Shown: positions 8,830-18,576 of the stretch, one piece after another
How positions within the stretch are numbered: the first letter of the stretch is position 1
How the letters are laid out: each line of letters opens with the position of its first letter
NCBI GenBank assembly: GCA_050949565.1
Contig: JBMNFY010000010.1
Location: forward strand, 320,001-384,000
DNA: 64,000 nucleotides
Source of the DNA: Kiritimatiellia bacterium
Lineage (GTDB): Bacteria; Verrucomicrobiota; Kiritimatiellia; RFP12; UBA1067
Direction: 5' to 3'
Translations under genes and position numbers: made by a program
Notes under the pieces: generated by a model
Databases searched by the model: none
The model's input: the letters and a program-made list of their open reading frames with translations, nothing else
Told to the model about the DNA's origin: nothing

Positions 8830-9735
8830 ATGAAGAGACTGGCCTTATGTGTCGCAGTGGCGGCAATGGGTGGGTGTGTTTTCGCGAAACCCATCACGAT
8901 GATGAGCTATAACATTCGCATCGGTTGTGGGTTTGATGGCCCGTTCAATTTGCCGAAGGGGAACCTTGGGCATCTGCCGCAAGTGGCAGAGGTGATCCGG
9001 GCCGCCGATCCGGACTGGGTTGCGATCCAAGAGATCGACAACAAAACCAAGCGTGCTGGATTCGTCGACCAGACGGCTGAGCTTGCGAAGCTCTGCGGCA
9101 TGAAAGGTACGTTTGTGCGCAAGACGCTTGCGACACAGCGTCGCGGTTTCCGCATGTTGAGCGATGCCACGGAGGAGGAGGTGGCCGAAGGCGGCGAGTA
9201 CGGGCTGGCGGTTCTTTCCAAGGAGGAGCCGATTAAGGTTTCCAAGGTCCTGGTTCCGGGACAGAGCCATACGCGATGCATTTTGTTTGTCGAGTTCGCG
9301 GATTATGTTGTCGCCTGCGTGCATTTCCCGCTGAAGGAAGAACACCGCGTCCTAGCCGCTCAGGTCGCGTTGGTAAATGCCGCAGATTATCGGAAGCCCG
9401 TGTTTCTGGTGGGGGACTTCAACGCCGAGCCAGCGGCGAAATCGATCATAGAGTTGAAAAAGGGCATGACGATTCTTAACGATCCGTCCGTGCCCACATT
9501 TCCCTCATCCGTACCCGACCGCTGCATCGATTACATCATGGTCAACACGCCTTTCGCCGACCGTGTGAACGTCGTAGACCGTCAAGTGCTCGCCAAGCCC
9601 GATGCAACCGACCATTGTGCTGTCATCGTCAAAGCGATTCTGATGCCTTCAGGTGTGGCATGGGCATCTTGCCCGTGTTTCATGGGTGGGACGCCCATTT
9701 GTTTTTATCGCGCTTGTCGAGCCGCAAGGCACTAA
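8830..9735 (+). CDS. Exported endonuclease/exonuclease/phosphatase (EEP) family protein
   Basis: Signal peptide; MSYNI, QEID, GDFNA, IDYI, TDH motifs. Confidence 0.88.
   Translation: MKRLALCVAVAAMGGCVFAKPITMMSYNIRIGCGFDGPFNLPKGNLGHLPQVAEVIRAADPDWVAIQEIDNKTKRAGFVDQTAELAKLCGMKGTFVRKTLATQRRGFRMLSDATEEEVAEGGEYGLAVLSKEEPIKVSKVLVPGQSHTRCILFVEFADYVVACVHFPLKEEHRVLAAQVALVNAADYRKPVFLVGDFNAEPAAKSIIELKKGMTILNDPSVPTFPSSVPDRCIDYIMVNTPFADRVNVVDRQVLAKPDATDHCAVIVKAILMPSGVAWASCPCFMGGTPICFYRACRAARH
9652..9698. repeat. REP-like palindrome GTGGCATGGGCATCTTGCCCGTG...CATGGGTGGGACGCCCAT
   Basis: Near-identical copy at 25101-25152 inside the MITE. Confidence 0.8.
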
Positions 9736-9945
9736 TGCGCCAACGCACTAATGAACCTAAAAAGAGCAGTTGAACCTTCAACTCTCTTTGGTTTCTGGTT
9801 TCTGGTTTCAAGGTTTCATGGTTTCAAGGTTTCATCCAAATCGGGATCGGGATCGCTATCGGGATCGATTGTTTAACCACGGAACACGCCGAACACACGG
9901 AAAGGCATGGCTCTTTTTCCGTGTGTTTAGTGTGTTCCGTGGTTC
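9728..9945. repeat. Stack of several different 6-9-nt tandem repeat families
   Basis: GCACTAAT, GGTTTCT/GGTTTCAA, TCGGGA units and a 9-mer inverted pair (9875-9903 / 9916-9944). Confidence 0.8.
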
Positions 9946-10054
9946 CAATCAGAAATTGCGTTCTGCACCAAATAGGTGCGGCGCGGATCTCAACGGAAAC
10001 CAATGTTTACGGGGCTTTGCTCAAAATCTGCATGCTCAACTGCTCTTTTTAGGC

Positions 10055-10396
10055 TTAACGAGGAGCGTCGCAATTCCAGCAGGTGTGCAGTGCAGCATCG
10101 ACGGTTTCGCCGCAGTGTGTGCAATGCCATTCGTCGCGGGCGGGGGGTTCAGGCGTCGGATTCAAAGCGTCCCGCAACGACCGCATAAAAGTCTGGACGA
10201 CTTGCATGGCGTCGGCATGGTCGCTGTCATCGACCCAGACTTCGGGCGCGGCGAACTCCGCAACGCCTCCGGTGATTACAAGCCCGATAGAGTGGCCGAA
10301 CTCGTTTCGGATGTCGCTCCGAACTCCTGCCAACTCCAGCAACATGCGGAGCTGATCACACTCGGCGATGTATGGCGAAGAAAAAATTTTTATCAT
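10055..10396 (-). CDS. DUF2007-like putative signal-transducing protein with C-terminal RanBP2-type zinc finger
   Basis: LELAGVRSDIRNE...PEVWV and WHCTHCGE...CWNC. Confidence 0.75.
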   Translation of the reverse strand: MIKIFSSPYIAECDQLRMLLELAGVRSDIRNEFGHSIGLVITGGVAEFAAPEVWVDDSDHADAMQVVQTFMRSLRDALNPTPEPPARDEWHCTHCGETVDAALHTCWNCDAPR

Positions 10397-10530
10397 GGCC
10401 GTTTTCTAGACATGATTCACATGATTGGAAGTGAAGCCAATATAACGGGTCGCATTAGTGAAAGCGAGTGCAAAACCAAACGCACGGGGCTTGCGGGCTG
10501 ACCGAAATTGTACTATGCTTCAACTCAATT

Positions 10531-10612
10531 GCCATCGGGGTGTCGTCATCGGACGGCTGAGAGCATACCCGTTGAACCTGATCCGGATCATACCGGCGCG
10601 AGGGAATAGGCG
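10531..10612 (+). promoter_or_regulatory. TPP riboswitch
   Basis: GGGGTG...CTGAGA...ACCC...GAACCTGATCCGGATCATACCGGCG..AGGGAA consensus, upstream of thiD-thiC. Confidence 0.95.
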
Positions 10613-10624
10613 TAGCCTTTTTTG

Positions 10625-10652
10625 AGCGGACCGGATTCGGTCCGCTTTTTTT
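10625..10652 (+). terminator. Riboswitch-controlled intrinsic terminator
   Basis: AGCGGACCG-GATT-CGGTCCGCT plus T run, between the aptamer and the thiD start. Confidence 0.85.
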
Positions 10653-10670
10653 GTTGTTGGTGGAGATAAA

Positions 10671-11534
10671 ATGACCGAGAACGAACCTGATTATAGCTCC
10701 ATGCGTCGCGTTGTGGCGTTGACGATCGCAGGCAGTGATAGCGGCGGCAACGCCGGTATTCAGGCTGATCTGCGCGCCTTCCATGTGTTCGGCGTGCATG
10801 GCTGCACCGTGCTGGCCGCTTTAACCGCACAGAACCCCTTTGGCGTGCGCGGCATTTTGACGGCAGATGCCGATTTTATCGGCATGCAGCTTGATGCGGT
10901 GCTGGAAGCCTATGCGGTCTCGGCACTGAAGACCGGCATGCTCGCCACGCCGGATGTGATCACGGCGGTGGCCGACCGCCTGCTGCCGCACAGCCGGATC
11001 AGCAAGGTGATGGATCCGGTGATGGTGGCGACCAGCGGTGCGCGCCTGTTGCAGGACGATGCGGTCGCAACGCTCACGGAAACCCTGCTTCCCTTGGCGA
11101 CGCTCATCACGCCCAATCTGCCTGAGGCGGAGGTGCTGACCGGCCATGCCATCGAGGGACATGACGCGATGGTCGATGCCGTACGCGAGTTGAGCGACAC
11201 CCTGGGTGTCGCCGTGTTGCTTAAAGGTGGGCATTGCGAAGCGGAAGAGGCTGCCGAAGATTTCCTGTATGACGGCGAAAGCGTTTATCGCATTACGACA
11301 CCGCGTATCGTGCAGCCGATCTCGACGCATGGCACCGGCTGCTCGTTGAGCGCGGCCATCACCGCTGCGCTGGCATGCGGCAAGTCGTTGCTTGATGCGG
11401 TGGTTGATGGTAAGGCTTATGTCTACGAGTCGATCCGTACCGGTGTCTGGGTTGGCGAGGCCGCTTCGGTTTTGGGGACGCCCGCCCGCCTGCCGGTCGA
11501 GCAAGTCCGCGTTGAGAGAGTTAATAACGAATAA
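10671..11534 (+). CDS. thiD: Hydroxymethylpyrimidine/phosphomethylpyrimidine kinase
   Basis: LTIAGSDSGGNAGIQADL, DPVMVATSG, TPNLPEA, KGGH, THGTGC. Confidence 0.95.
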   Translation: MTENEPDYSSMRRVVALTIAGSDSGGNAGIQADLRAFHVFGVHGCTVLAALTAQNPFGVRGILTADADFIGMQLDAVLEAYAVSALKTGMLATPDVITAVADRLLPHSRISKVMDPVMVATSGARLLQDDAVATLTETLLPLATLITPNLPEAEVLTGHAIEGHDAMVDAVRELSDTLGVAVLLKGGHCEAEEAAEDFLYDGESVYRITTPRIVQPISTHGTGCSLSAAITAALACGKSLLDAVVDGKAYVYESIRTGVWVGEAASVLGTPARLPVEQVRVERVNNE

Positions 11535-11555
11535 CGAATAGTTAATAACGATAAC

Positions 11556-12842
11556 ATGACACAACTTCAAGCCGCACAGCAGGGGATTATCACGGATGCC
11601 ATGCACCGCGTGGCGCAGGATGAGAAGGTGGTGCCTGAACAGGTACGCGATGCGATCGCGCGCGGTCACGCTGTGATTCCGTTGAATCCTGCCCATTCCA
11701 ATGCGCGTCCGGTGGGGGTGGGGCGTCTTTTCACCACCAAAATTAACGCGAACCTGGGACGTTCAACGACCCGATCCGGCAAGAGCGACGAACTCGATAA
11801 GTTGAAGATTGCGCTGAAGGCAGGCGCGGATTTCGTGATGGATTTGAGCGTGGGCAGCGATCTGCGGACGATCCGACAGGGCATGCTGGACGCCTCGCCG
11901 GTGCCGCTCGGCACGGTGCCGGTCTATGAGACGATCTCACGCCTTGAAAGCGACGTGCCGGTGATGAACCCGGATCTGCTGTTGCAGGTGATTCGGGAGC
12001 AAGCCGAGCAGGGGGTTGATTTCATGACGCTCCACGCTGGACTGCTGCTCGGGCATGTCGATCTGGCCATGCGGCGCATCATGGGGATCGTCAGTCGCGG
12101 CGGTGCCATCATGGCCGAATGGATGAAACGCAACCAGATGGAGAATCCGCTTTATACGCGCTGGGACGAGGTGCTCGACATTCTGGTGAAGCATGACGTG
12201 ACCGTCTCGCTGGGCGACGGTCTGCGTCCGGGTTGTCTTGCCGATGCCAGCGACGAGGCGCAGTTTGCTGAATTGTCCGTGCTGGGCGAGTTGGTGCAAC
12301 GCTGCCGCGCGCGTGGCGTGCAGGTGATGGTGGAGGGTCCGGGGCACGTGCCGTTCAATCAGATCCAAATGAACATGGAGCGTCAGCAAGAGGTGTGCGA
12401 CGGCGCACCGTTCTATGTGCTCGGGCCGGTGGTGACCGACATCGCACCGGGATACGACCATATCACTTCCTGTATCGGCGCTACCGCCGCCGCGACCTAC
12501 GGGGCATCGCTGCTCTGTTACGTCACGCCGGCTGAGCATTTGGGATTGCCTGACGGTGATGAGGTGCATCAGGGCGTGATTGCCTACCGTATCGCGGCGC
12601 ATGCCGGCGATGTGGCGCGCGGCTTGCCGGGCGCGCGCGAGCGTGACGACGCGATGGCGCGCGCACGACTCGCATTCGATTGGGAGGCGCAATTTGCGCT
12701 GGCGCTTGATCCCGAAAAGGCACGTGCGCGCTGGCTCAAAACCCGCGCGTGTGAAGGTGTGCCATCGGACGATCACTGTTCGATGTGCGGCAAGGAGTTC
12801 TGCGCGGTGCGAACCTCCATGCGCATCCGCGACCTCGGGTAA
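11556..12842 (+). CDS. thiC: Phosphomethylpyrimidine synthase
   Basis: TKINANLG, SLGDGLRPG, EGPGH, TDIAPGYDH, CSMCGKEFC Fe-S motif; under the TPP riboswitch. Confidence 0.95.
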   Translation: MTQLQAAQQGIITDAMHRVAQDEKVVPEQVRDAIARGHAVIPLNPAHSNARPVGVGRLFTTKINANLGRSTTRSGKSDELDKLKIALKAGADFVMDLSVGSDLRTIRQGMLDASPVPLGTVPVYETISRLESDVPVMNPDLLLQVIREQAEQGVDFMTLHAGLLLGHVDLAMRRIMGIVSRGGAIMAEWMKRNQMENPLYTRWDEVLDILVKHDVTVSLGDGLRPGCLADASDEAQFAELSVLGELVQRCRARGVQVMVEGPGHVPFNQIQMNMERQQEVCDGAPFYVLGPVVTDIAPGYDHITSCIGATAAATYGASLLCYVTPAEHLGLPDGDEVHQGVIAYRIAAHAGDVARGLPGARERDDAMARARLAFDWEAQFALALDPEKARARWLKTRACEGVPSDDHCSMCGKEFCAVRTSMRIRDLG

Positions 12843-12865
12843 ATCTCCGTAAGTCTGACGAATGG

Positions 12866-12978
12866 ATTTGCGGCGGCGGCAAGCGGTATTCCGTGCGACG
12901 CCGCTTTGGTACGGACGGGCCAGAAAGCGGTGCCGCGACCCGCGCGTAGCGCGACTCTTGTCACCGCACTCCAAAATT
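12866..12978. repeat. REP-like multi-hairpin element GCGGCGGCAAGCGGTATTCC...GCCGCTTT...AAAGCGGTGCCGCGACC...GCACTCCAAA
   Basis: Between the convergent thiC and GH106 genes; related copy at 54994-55126. Confidence 0.8.
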
Positions 12979-13001
12979 TCACACACCCAAACTCAATGGT
13001 T

Positions 13002-16000
13002 TTACGGGGCTTCGCCTAAAACTAGCTTTTCGAAAAGGGTGACAGGCCCCAACAGCCCCGATGCATGTAGGGGCGTCTCTTTTTTGACTTGCTTGCGGTT
13101 CACGAGGGTCACGCGCCTGGGCTCGGGTCGGCGTGTATTATACAGCACCCACTCCGGCCAAGTTTCAAGAACACCCTGTGGGTTGGCACCGGTGTCGTCG
13201 GGGAGTTGTTCATCACCGATGAAACGGTTGAACCAGGTGTTCGCCACGCGGACCGTGAGCGTGTTGTCGCCGCTACGTAGGGCAGCCGTGATATCGACGC
13301 GGAACGGCTTTTTCCAGAGAACGCCGAGATCCTTTCCGTTGAGCGTAACGGCAGCGATCTGCTTCACTTCGCCCAGATCCAGCATCACACGCGCATTGGT
13401 GCCGGAGCTCTGCCACGGGAATCGGGTCTCGTACACCGCGGTGCCGCTGAAATAACGGATGTCCGGATCATCCGCGTCTTTCCAATCCATGAGCGCCTCC
13501 CAGCGGCAGGTCTGCGCAGCGCGGTTCGGATGTTGGAAGGTGACGGTCCAAGTTCCGGTTTCGATCTGGGTGCTATTAGGTTCTGCGGCAACCGTCCAGT
13601 GACGCTCCGTGCCGTCAGACAGCCGCGCTGTATAGGTGCCGGATGCTTGCGCGTGCAACGTCAGTGCGCCGGATGCGGTATAGGTCACGGGCGGCCAGGC
13701 AACCGCAGGCAGTGCGGCGGCAGAGGCTTTGCGTGCGCGTTGCGCGGCAGCGACGATCTCGGCCTCGGTTATGGTGCCCTCGGTCAGCGTAAGGCCGTCG
13801 CACATGCCTGCGAATGCCGCGTCCTCATCGGCGGTGGGATGTGCGATCTGTCCGCTGGCGACACCCTGATGCACCAGACGTCCGTCGATATAGAGCGACG
13901 GCTTGCCTTTTACATACACCAGTGCCACATGCACGGTCCGCTCGATCGGCGTCGGTGCCGTCCACACCAGAACCGGCGCGATGTTTTGATGCCAATGCTC
14001 AAAAGCGACGATGCCATTACGACCGACAGAAAATCCGGCACCGGAGTGGCCGTCGCCCCACGTGTTGCCATGCGCGGGGAAGACAACGAAGTTTTGATCG
14101 CGATGCTGCACACCGCGCGTGGCCTGCTGCGGCAACGGGATTGTCTTGGTCGGCTTCACACTTGCGGCCATGACAAAGCTGCCCGGTTCGGAAGCTGTCG
14201 GCGCATGCGTGACCGCAGCACACGAAGCGATTGTCTCGCCATTGCGCGTCAGAACATGCACCGTGGGATGCTTGCCCAGCGGTTTGCGGAAGACGATGAA
14301 ACGCGAACCGGCAGGCTCTAAGCACAGCGGCACGCGCGTGGCATGCGGACCCGCTTCGAACAGCGCGCTTGCGCAGCGGGTGCCGGTCTGCGCGTCCCAA
14401 ATTTCTGGAATGCGTCCGGTCACGCGGAATTCGGGTGCACATTTAAGCGGCTTCTCGGTTTGATTGCTGACGAAAAAGAGGTCGGCATCGCGCAGGGTGC
14501 GGTGGGTCCAAAGCAACTCGCGCGGTGCGTGCGCCACGTCGGGCGGCACATCGAGTTCGTCGAAGACCTGCTCCAGCGTGTAACCGTGAAAGACGCGGCC
14601 TTGTTGCACGCGACGGAGTTGCGGCGTCTGCGGTGCATCGCCCCAGAGACGCGTTGCCACAGCTTTCACTTCGCTGTCGCACGCCGGATAACCGGCTAGG
14701 CTCGGCGACCGCTGCGGCGGTGCGCCGACCAAGACCAAGCCTTGGCGCACAAACGTTTCGATGCGCGCGAGCAGGCGCGGGGTCATGGTGTCTGAAGGCG
14801 GCAACACAAGCACACGATAGCTCTGGCCGTTGGGCAGAGTGAGGCGACCGTTTTGACAGGTCGCGTGCGTAAGTAGAATTTCCGCGTTGATATAGTCAAA
14901 GTCGTAACCAGCGGGGAGGGCGGGAGATTGCAAGCCGTTCATGCGCGGGGTGTCTTCACCGAAAAAGTAGGCGACATCCGCAGCGTGCGTGCCGGTCTGC
15001 AACAGCGCGCAACAGCGACGCAGGTAATCGGTCCAGCCCTTCCCATACTCGGCGAACCAAGTCGAGTTGCGGTTGAAATCCGCGCCGAACCAAGGCACGA
15101 GGCCAGGCTGCACCGCGTAGGGCTGGTGCACATAGACGTGGAGCACGAAGTGGTTGATGCCCTGCGTCATGCACCAGTCGCCACGGGTCTTCATGTTCGC
15201 GGGCGTCTGCACGAAATTCTTGCCCGAGGTGAAGGCTTCGGCCGAGACCACGCGCTTGCCGTAGGTGTGGCCGCAGGAGGAGGCAAGGCGGCATTCGACA
15301 TCGCCCAGTGAACTCCATAGCCAGTACTCGCCGCCGATGTCGTCGGAGGCGCCGCCGTATTGCAGGGATTCGCCGGGGAATCCCCAGTGGCCATAATTTT
15401 CGAGCCACGTTTTGAGTCCGTGGCGGTTGGCAGCCGCCTTGAGACCACCCACGTAATTGCGCGCGACCAGGTCGGCGACCAGCCGACGCCAGTCCCACAG
15501 GAAGCGGTCGGTCTGTTCGCGCGAGGCAACGACGCGCCCGCTCAAGCAGGCGAGCCAGGGCACTGGATCATAGCCGTAGGTGTCGCGGAAGATGTCGCGC
15601 ATTCCGTTGGTCCAGTTTTGCGGGCCGACCTCATAACTGTCGAGCGTGATGTGCTGGAAGCCGCGTCGGGCATCTGCGGGAATACGCTTTAGGAACTTGC
15701 CGATCATGCCGTCAAAGTGCGCGGAAACCGCTTCGCGGCTCATCTTGTCGCACTCCAGTCCTTGTGCTTGCGGTGGCGTGGGGCCGCACATGGCACCGGT
15801 GGAGGCCATGCCGATGCGCGCGATCACCCAGTCGTGGCCCGCCGGTGCCTGCCAGGTGAGCGTGCCGTCCTGCGCGACGCGCGTGGTGAGGTCCACAATC
15901 CGCGTGGCATCCACAGCCGTGCCCGGAGTCGGTTCCGGCTGTTGCGGCCAGAGAAAAGCATCCACCGGCGGCACGGGCTCGGGGTACATGCGGCCGAGCT

Positions 16001-16943
16001 GCTTTTCCACAGCGGCATCAATGCGGGCAGCGCCGGAGAAACGCAACCCGTGGAGTACCGGTGCGCCTTCGAGTCGGCTCACGGTCAGGCGCAGGTGACG
16101 GGCGGTGACGGGCGCGAGCGAGAAATCGAACGGCGCTGCGACCAGCGGCCCCATAGCGGTGGTGAGGCGCGTCCGGTAAATGGAGATGTCGCGCAGCGGA
16201 GTGGCGGTGCCGTTCTCCACCGTTGTCAGCGTACCGGCCAGCCGCACCGGAGAGTCACCAAAATCCAGCGTCAACGTTTGGAGCGGCATGGGGGCGTCAA
16301 AATAGAGGTCCAGGGTGAACGGCTTGGTCGGGAGCTTGACGGGCGACGTGCCATCTGTGCGGGTCAAGCGGGCTGCAAGGCCGTTGATCTCCGGCTCGCA
16401 CACGACACGCGTGGGACGTGCCAGCGCGTTGTCTTGCGCGGGCACGGGATACGCGATCACCGCTACCTCTTGGATGGCCTTGGCGTGACGGGCCGGTTCG
16501 CCGTTGAAGGTCGTTCCGCCCGCGACGCGGGTTTCGGCACTGACGAGGTAGCGCATGCTCTGCTCGGGGGTTATCCAGGGGCCTCCCGATTGACTCCATC
16601 CCGGACAGTTGAACATGCCGACACGCACGCCGATCCGCTCGCCTTCGCGGACGGCGAACTCCACAAGCTGCCACCAAGAGGGGCTGAGAATCGGCACGGT
16701 CCCTTCCGGAATGCCATCGCTGATGACGTGGCCGATGAAGGCCTCGCCGACGCCGGCACGGCGCATCGCTTCGAGGTCGGCGGTGATTCCCTTCGCGCTG
16801 ACATTGTTGTTGAGCCAGTACCAATACATGTAGGGCTTGGTGCTGTCCGGTGGCGCGTCAAAACGCTCTTCCAGCGTGTCGGCGCAGACCGTGAGCGTCA
16901 GAACAGCGGCGAAGCAGGCCACAAGGGCGCGAAGAGATGTCAT
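13002..16943 (-). CDS. Secreted glycoside hydrolase family 106 (alpha-L-rhamnosidase-like) with inserted LamG-like domain
   Basis: KPYMYWYW, GWSQSGGPWITPE, GLECDKMS, LDSYE, AEAFTS, C-terminal SGLLGPV. Confidence 0.88.
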   Translation of the reverse strand: MTSLRALVACFAAVLTLTVCADTLEERFDAPPDSTKPYMYWYWLNNNVSAKGITADLEAMRRAGVGEAFIGHVISDGIPEGTVPILSPSWWQLVEFAVREGERIGVRVGMFNCPGWSQSGGPWITPEQSMRYLVSAETRVAGGTTFNGEPARHAKAIQEVAVIAYPVPAQDNALARPTRVVCEPEINGLAARLTRTDGTSPVKLPTKPFTLDLYFDAPMPLQTLTLDFGDSPVRLAGTLTTVENGTATPLRDISIYRTRLTTAMGPLVAAPFDFSLAPVTARHLRLTVSRLEGAPVLHGLRFSGAARIDAAVEKQLGRMYPEPVPPVDAFLWPQQPEPTPGTAVDATRIVDLTTRVAQDGTLTWQAPAGHDWVIARIGMASTGAMCGPTPPQAQGLECDKMSREAVSAHFDGMIGKFLKRIPADARRGFQHITLDSYEVGPQNWTNGMRDIFRDTYGYDPVPWLACLSGRVVASREQTDRFLWDWRRLVADLVARNYVGGLKAAANRHGLKTWLENYGHWGFPGESLQYGGASDDIGGEYWLWSSLGDVECRLASSCGHTYGKRVVSAEAFTSGKNFVQTPANMKTRGDWCMTQGINHFVLHVYVHQPYAVQPGLVPWFGADFNRNSTWFAEYGKGWTDYLRRCCALLQTGTHAADVAYFFGEDTPRMNGLQSPALPAGYDFDYINAEILLTHATCQNGRLTLPNGQSYRVLVLPPSDTMTPRLLARIETFVRQGLVLVGAPPQRSPSLAGYPACDSEVKAVATRLWGDAPQTPQLRRVQQGRVFHGYTLEQVFDELDVPPDVAHAPRELLWTHRTLRDADLFFVSNQTEKPLKCAPEFRVTGRIPEIWDAQTGTRCASALFEAGPHATRVPLCLEPAGSRFIVFRKPLGKHPTVHVLTRNGETIASCAAVTHAPTASEPGSFVMAASVKPTKTIPLPQQATRGVQHRDQNFVVFPAHGNTWGDGHSGAGFSVGRNGIVAFEHWHQNIAPVLVWTAPTPIERTVHVALVYVKGKPSLYIDGRLVHQGVASGQIAHPTADEDAAFAGMCDGLTLTEGTITEAEIVAAAQRARKASAAALPAVAWPPVTYTASGALTLHAQASGTYTARLSDGTERHWTVAAEPNSTQIETGTWTVTFQHPNRAAQTCRWEALMDWKDADDPDIRYFSGTAVYETRFPWQSSGTNARVMLDLGEVKQIAAVTLNGKDLGVLWKKPFRVDITAALRSGDNTLTVRVANTWFNRFIGDEQLPDDTGANPQGVLETWPEWVLYNTRRPEPRRVTLVNRKQVKKETPLHASGLLGPVTLFEKLVLGEAP

Positions 16944-16954
16944 GTCGAGACTCC

Positions 16955-18565
16955 TTATTCAGACGGGAAGAGCATGTGCTCCATAAAACAATTCGAGAAG
17001 CCGGATTGTTGCGCGAGTTCGATGTGTTCCGTGCGGTCGCGCAAGGATTGGGCGCGCGCGCGTTCTGCTTGCGCGAGCAACGCCTGTTTCGCGCCAGCGA
17101 GCGATGCGTTGCCGATGAAACGGACAGCGCTCTCGTCGATGCGCGGCAACAGCCCGATGCGCATGGCGTTGGCGATGCGCAGCGTGTTGCCGAATCCGCC
17201 AGCCAGCAACAGCGCGCCCAGTGAGTGAGCCGTTATGCCGACAACGCACAGCAGTGTTTCGATGCCCGCGCGGATAGCGCCGGAGGCCAGTTGCAACTCG
17301 CGGATGTCCTGTTGGGTGAGGCGAACCGCAGGTTCGCCTGTTGCGTTCCAAGCCAGAGTGACGGCCGCCTCGTCATCGACGTTTTGAAAGCGGCGTGCAA
17401 AATCTGGGGCCGCATCGTCGGGAACGCGTAACGTGCCGGTCTCATCGATGGCACCGAGTCGTAGCAACTCCGCCACCGCATCGACCAAGGCTGAGCCGCA
17501 GAGACCGCGTGCCGGACCGTCACCGATCACATGGCAAGCCAGATCGTCCGTCTCGTGCCAGACGGCGTCGATTGCGCCTGCGGTGGCACGCATGCCTTGA
17601 CGGATACGCGCGCCTTCAAAAGCGGGACCGGCTGCGGTGGACGCCGTGCAAAGGCGTCCTTCGTGCTGTAAGACGATCTCACCGTTGGTGCCGACATCGA
17701 CCAGCAGGGCCGGGTAGGGGAGTGCGTCGAGCCGCGTTGCCAGTAGGCTGGATACCGTGTCGCCACCGACAAAGCCGCCGATTTGTGGAAAGACCATGAG
17801 TTGCGCATCGGGGTGTGCGTGGAGCCTCAGTTCGGTCGCAGGCACGGTTTGGGCATCCGTGAAGGCCGGCGTGAAGGGGGCCTCGCCCAGCGACGACGGA
17901 TCGCGTCCGAGCAGCAGGTGCTGCATGGTGGTGTTGCCAGCGACAACCATCTCGCGGATGGCGGAAACGCTCGTCTGGCAACTCTCGCTCAAGTCAATCA
18001 GGATCACGTTAAGCGTGTCGGTAGCGAGTCGTTGTAGATCGGTCAGGGCGCGCGCGTCGCGGCGGACGGCATCGATACGACTGATGACATCGTCACCACG
18101 TGCGATCTGTTGATTCATGGCGGCGCGCGTGGCGAGTTCGCGTCCGGTGTGCAAATCGAAGAGCGTGCCGGCCACGGTGGTGGTGCCGAGGTCGAAGGCG
18201 ACGCCCAGATGGCCGACGGGGCGAGGGTCATGCGGCGTGTTGTGCGTGATGGTGTCGGTCAGGATTGTGTGCGGGTGGGCATCAGGTGTCGCGTCGGGAA
18301 TATCCACCGTAAGCGGACCGGTCACCGGCGTGGTGCATGCCAGTCGCCAACCAGCATCAAGCTCCGCCTGTGACAGATGGGCAGACGAGCCGATCGCCGG
18401 AGCCTGACCGTCTCGCAACCGCACGCGGCACTTGCCGCAGGTGCCGTTTCCTCCGCACGGCGTTTGTACCGACACGCCCGCCTCGACGGCGGCTTGCAGA
18501 AGCGTCGTGTCGGGATCGACATGCACCGTCCTGCCGCTGGGAAAAAAGGTGACAGGCCAGGACAC
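16955..18565 (-). CDS. 2Fe-2S ferredoxin plus ASKHA ATPase (DUF4445; reductive activator of corrinoid proteins, RACo-like)
   Basis: CGGNGTCGKC...RLAC, DLGTTT, DVGTNGE, AGPAFEG, AGGFG. Confidence 0.88.
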   Translation of the reverse strand: MSWPVTFFPSGRTVHVDPDTTLLQAAVEAGVSVQTPCGGNGTCGKCRVRLRDGQAPAIGSSAHLSQAELDAGWRLACTTPVTGPLTVDIPDATPDAHPHTILTDTITHNTPHDPRPVGHLGVAFDLGTTTVAGTLFDLHTGRELATRAAMNQQIARGDDVISRIDAVRRDARALTDLQRLATDTLNVILIDLSESCQTSVSAIREMVVAGNTTMQHLLLGRDPSSLGEAPFTPAFTDAQTVPATELRLHAHPDAQLMVFPQIGGFVGGDTVSSLLATRLDALPYPALLVDVGTNGEIVLQHEGRLCTASTAAGPAFEGARIRQGMRATAGAIDAVWHETDDLACHVIGDGPARGLCGSALVDAVAELLRLGAIDETGTLRVPDDAAPDFARRFQNVDDEAAVTLAWNATGEPAVRLTQQDIRELQLASGAIRAGIETLLCVVGITAHSLGALLLAGGFGNTLRIANAMRIGLLPRIDESAVRFIGNASLAGAKQALLAQAERARAQSLRDRTEHIELAQQSGFSNCFMEHMLFPSE

Positions 18566-18576
18566 CGATCTTCCCC

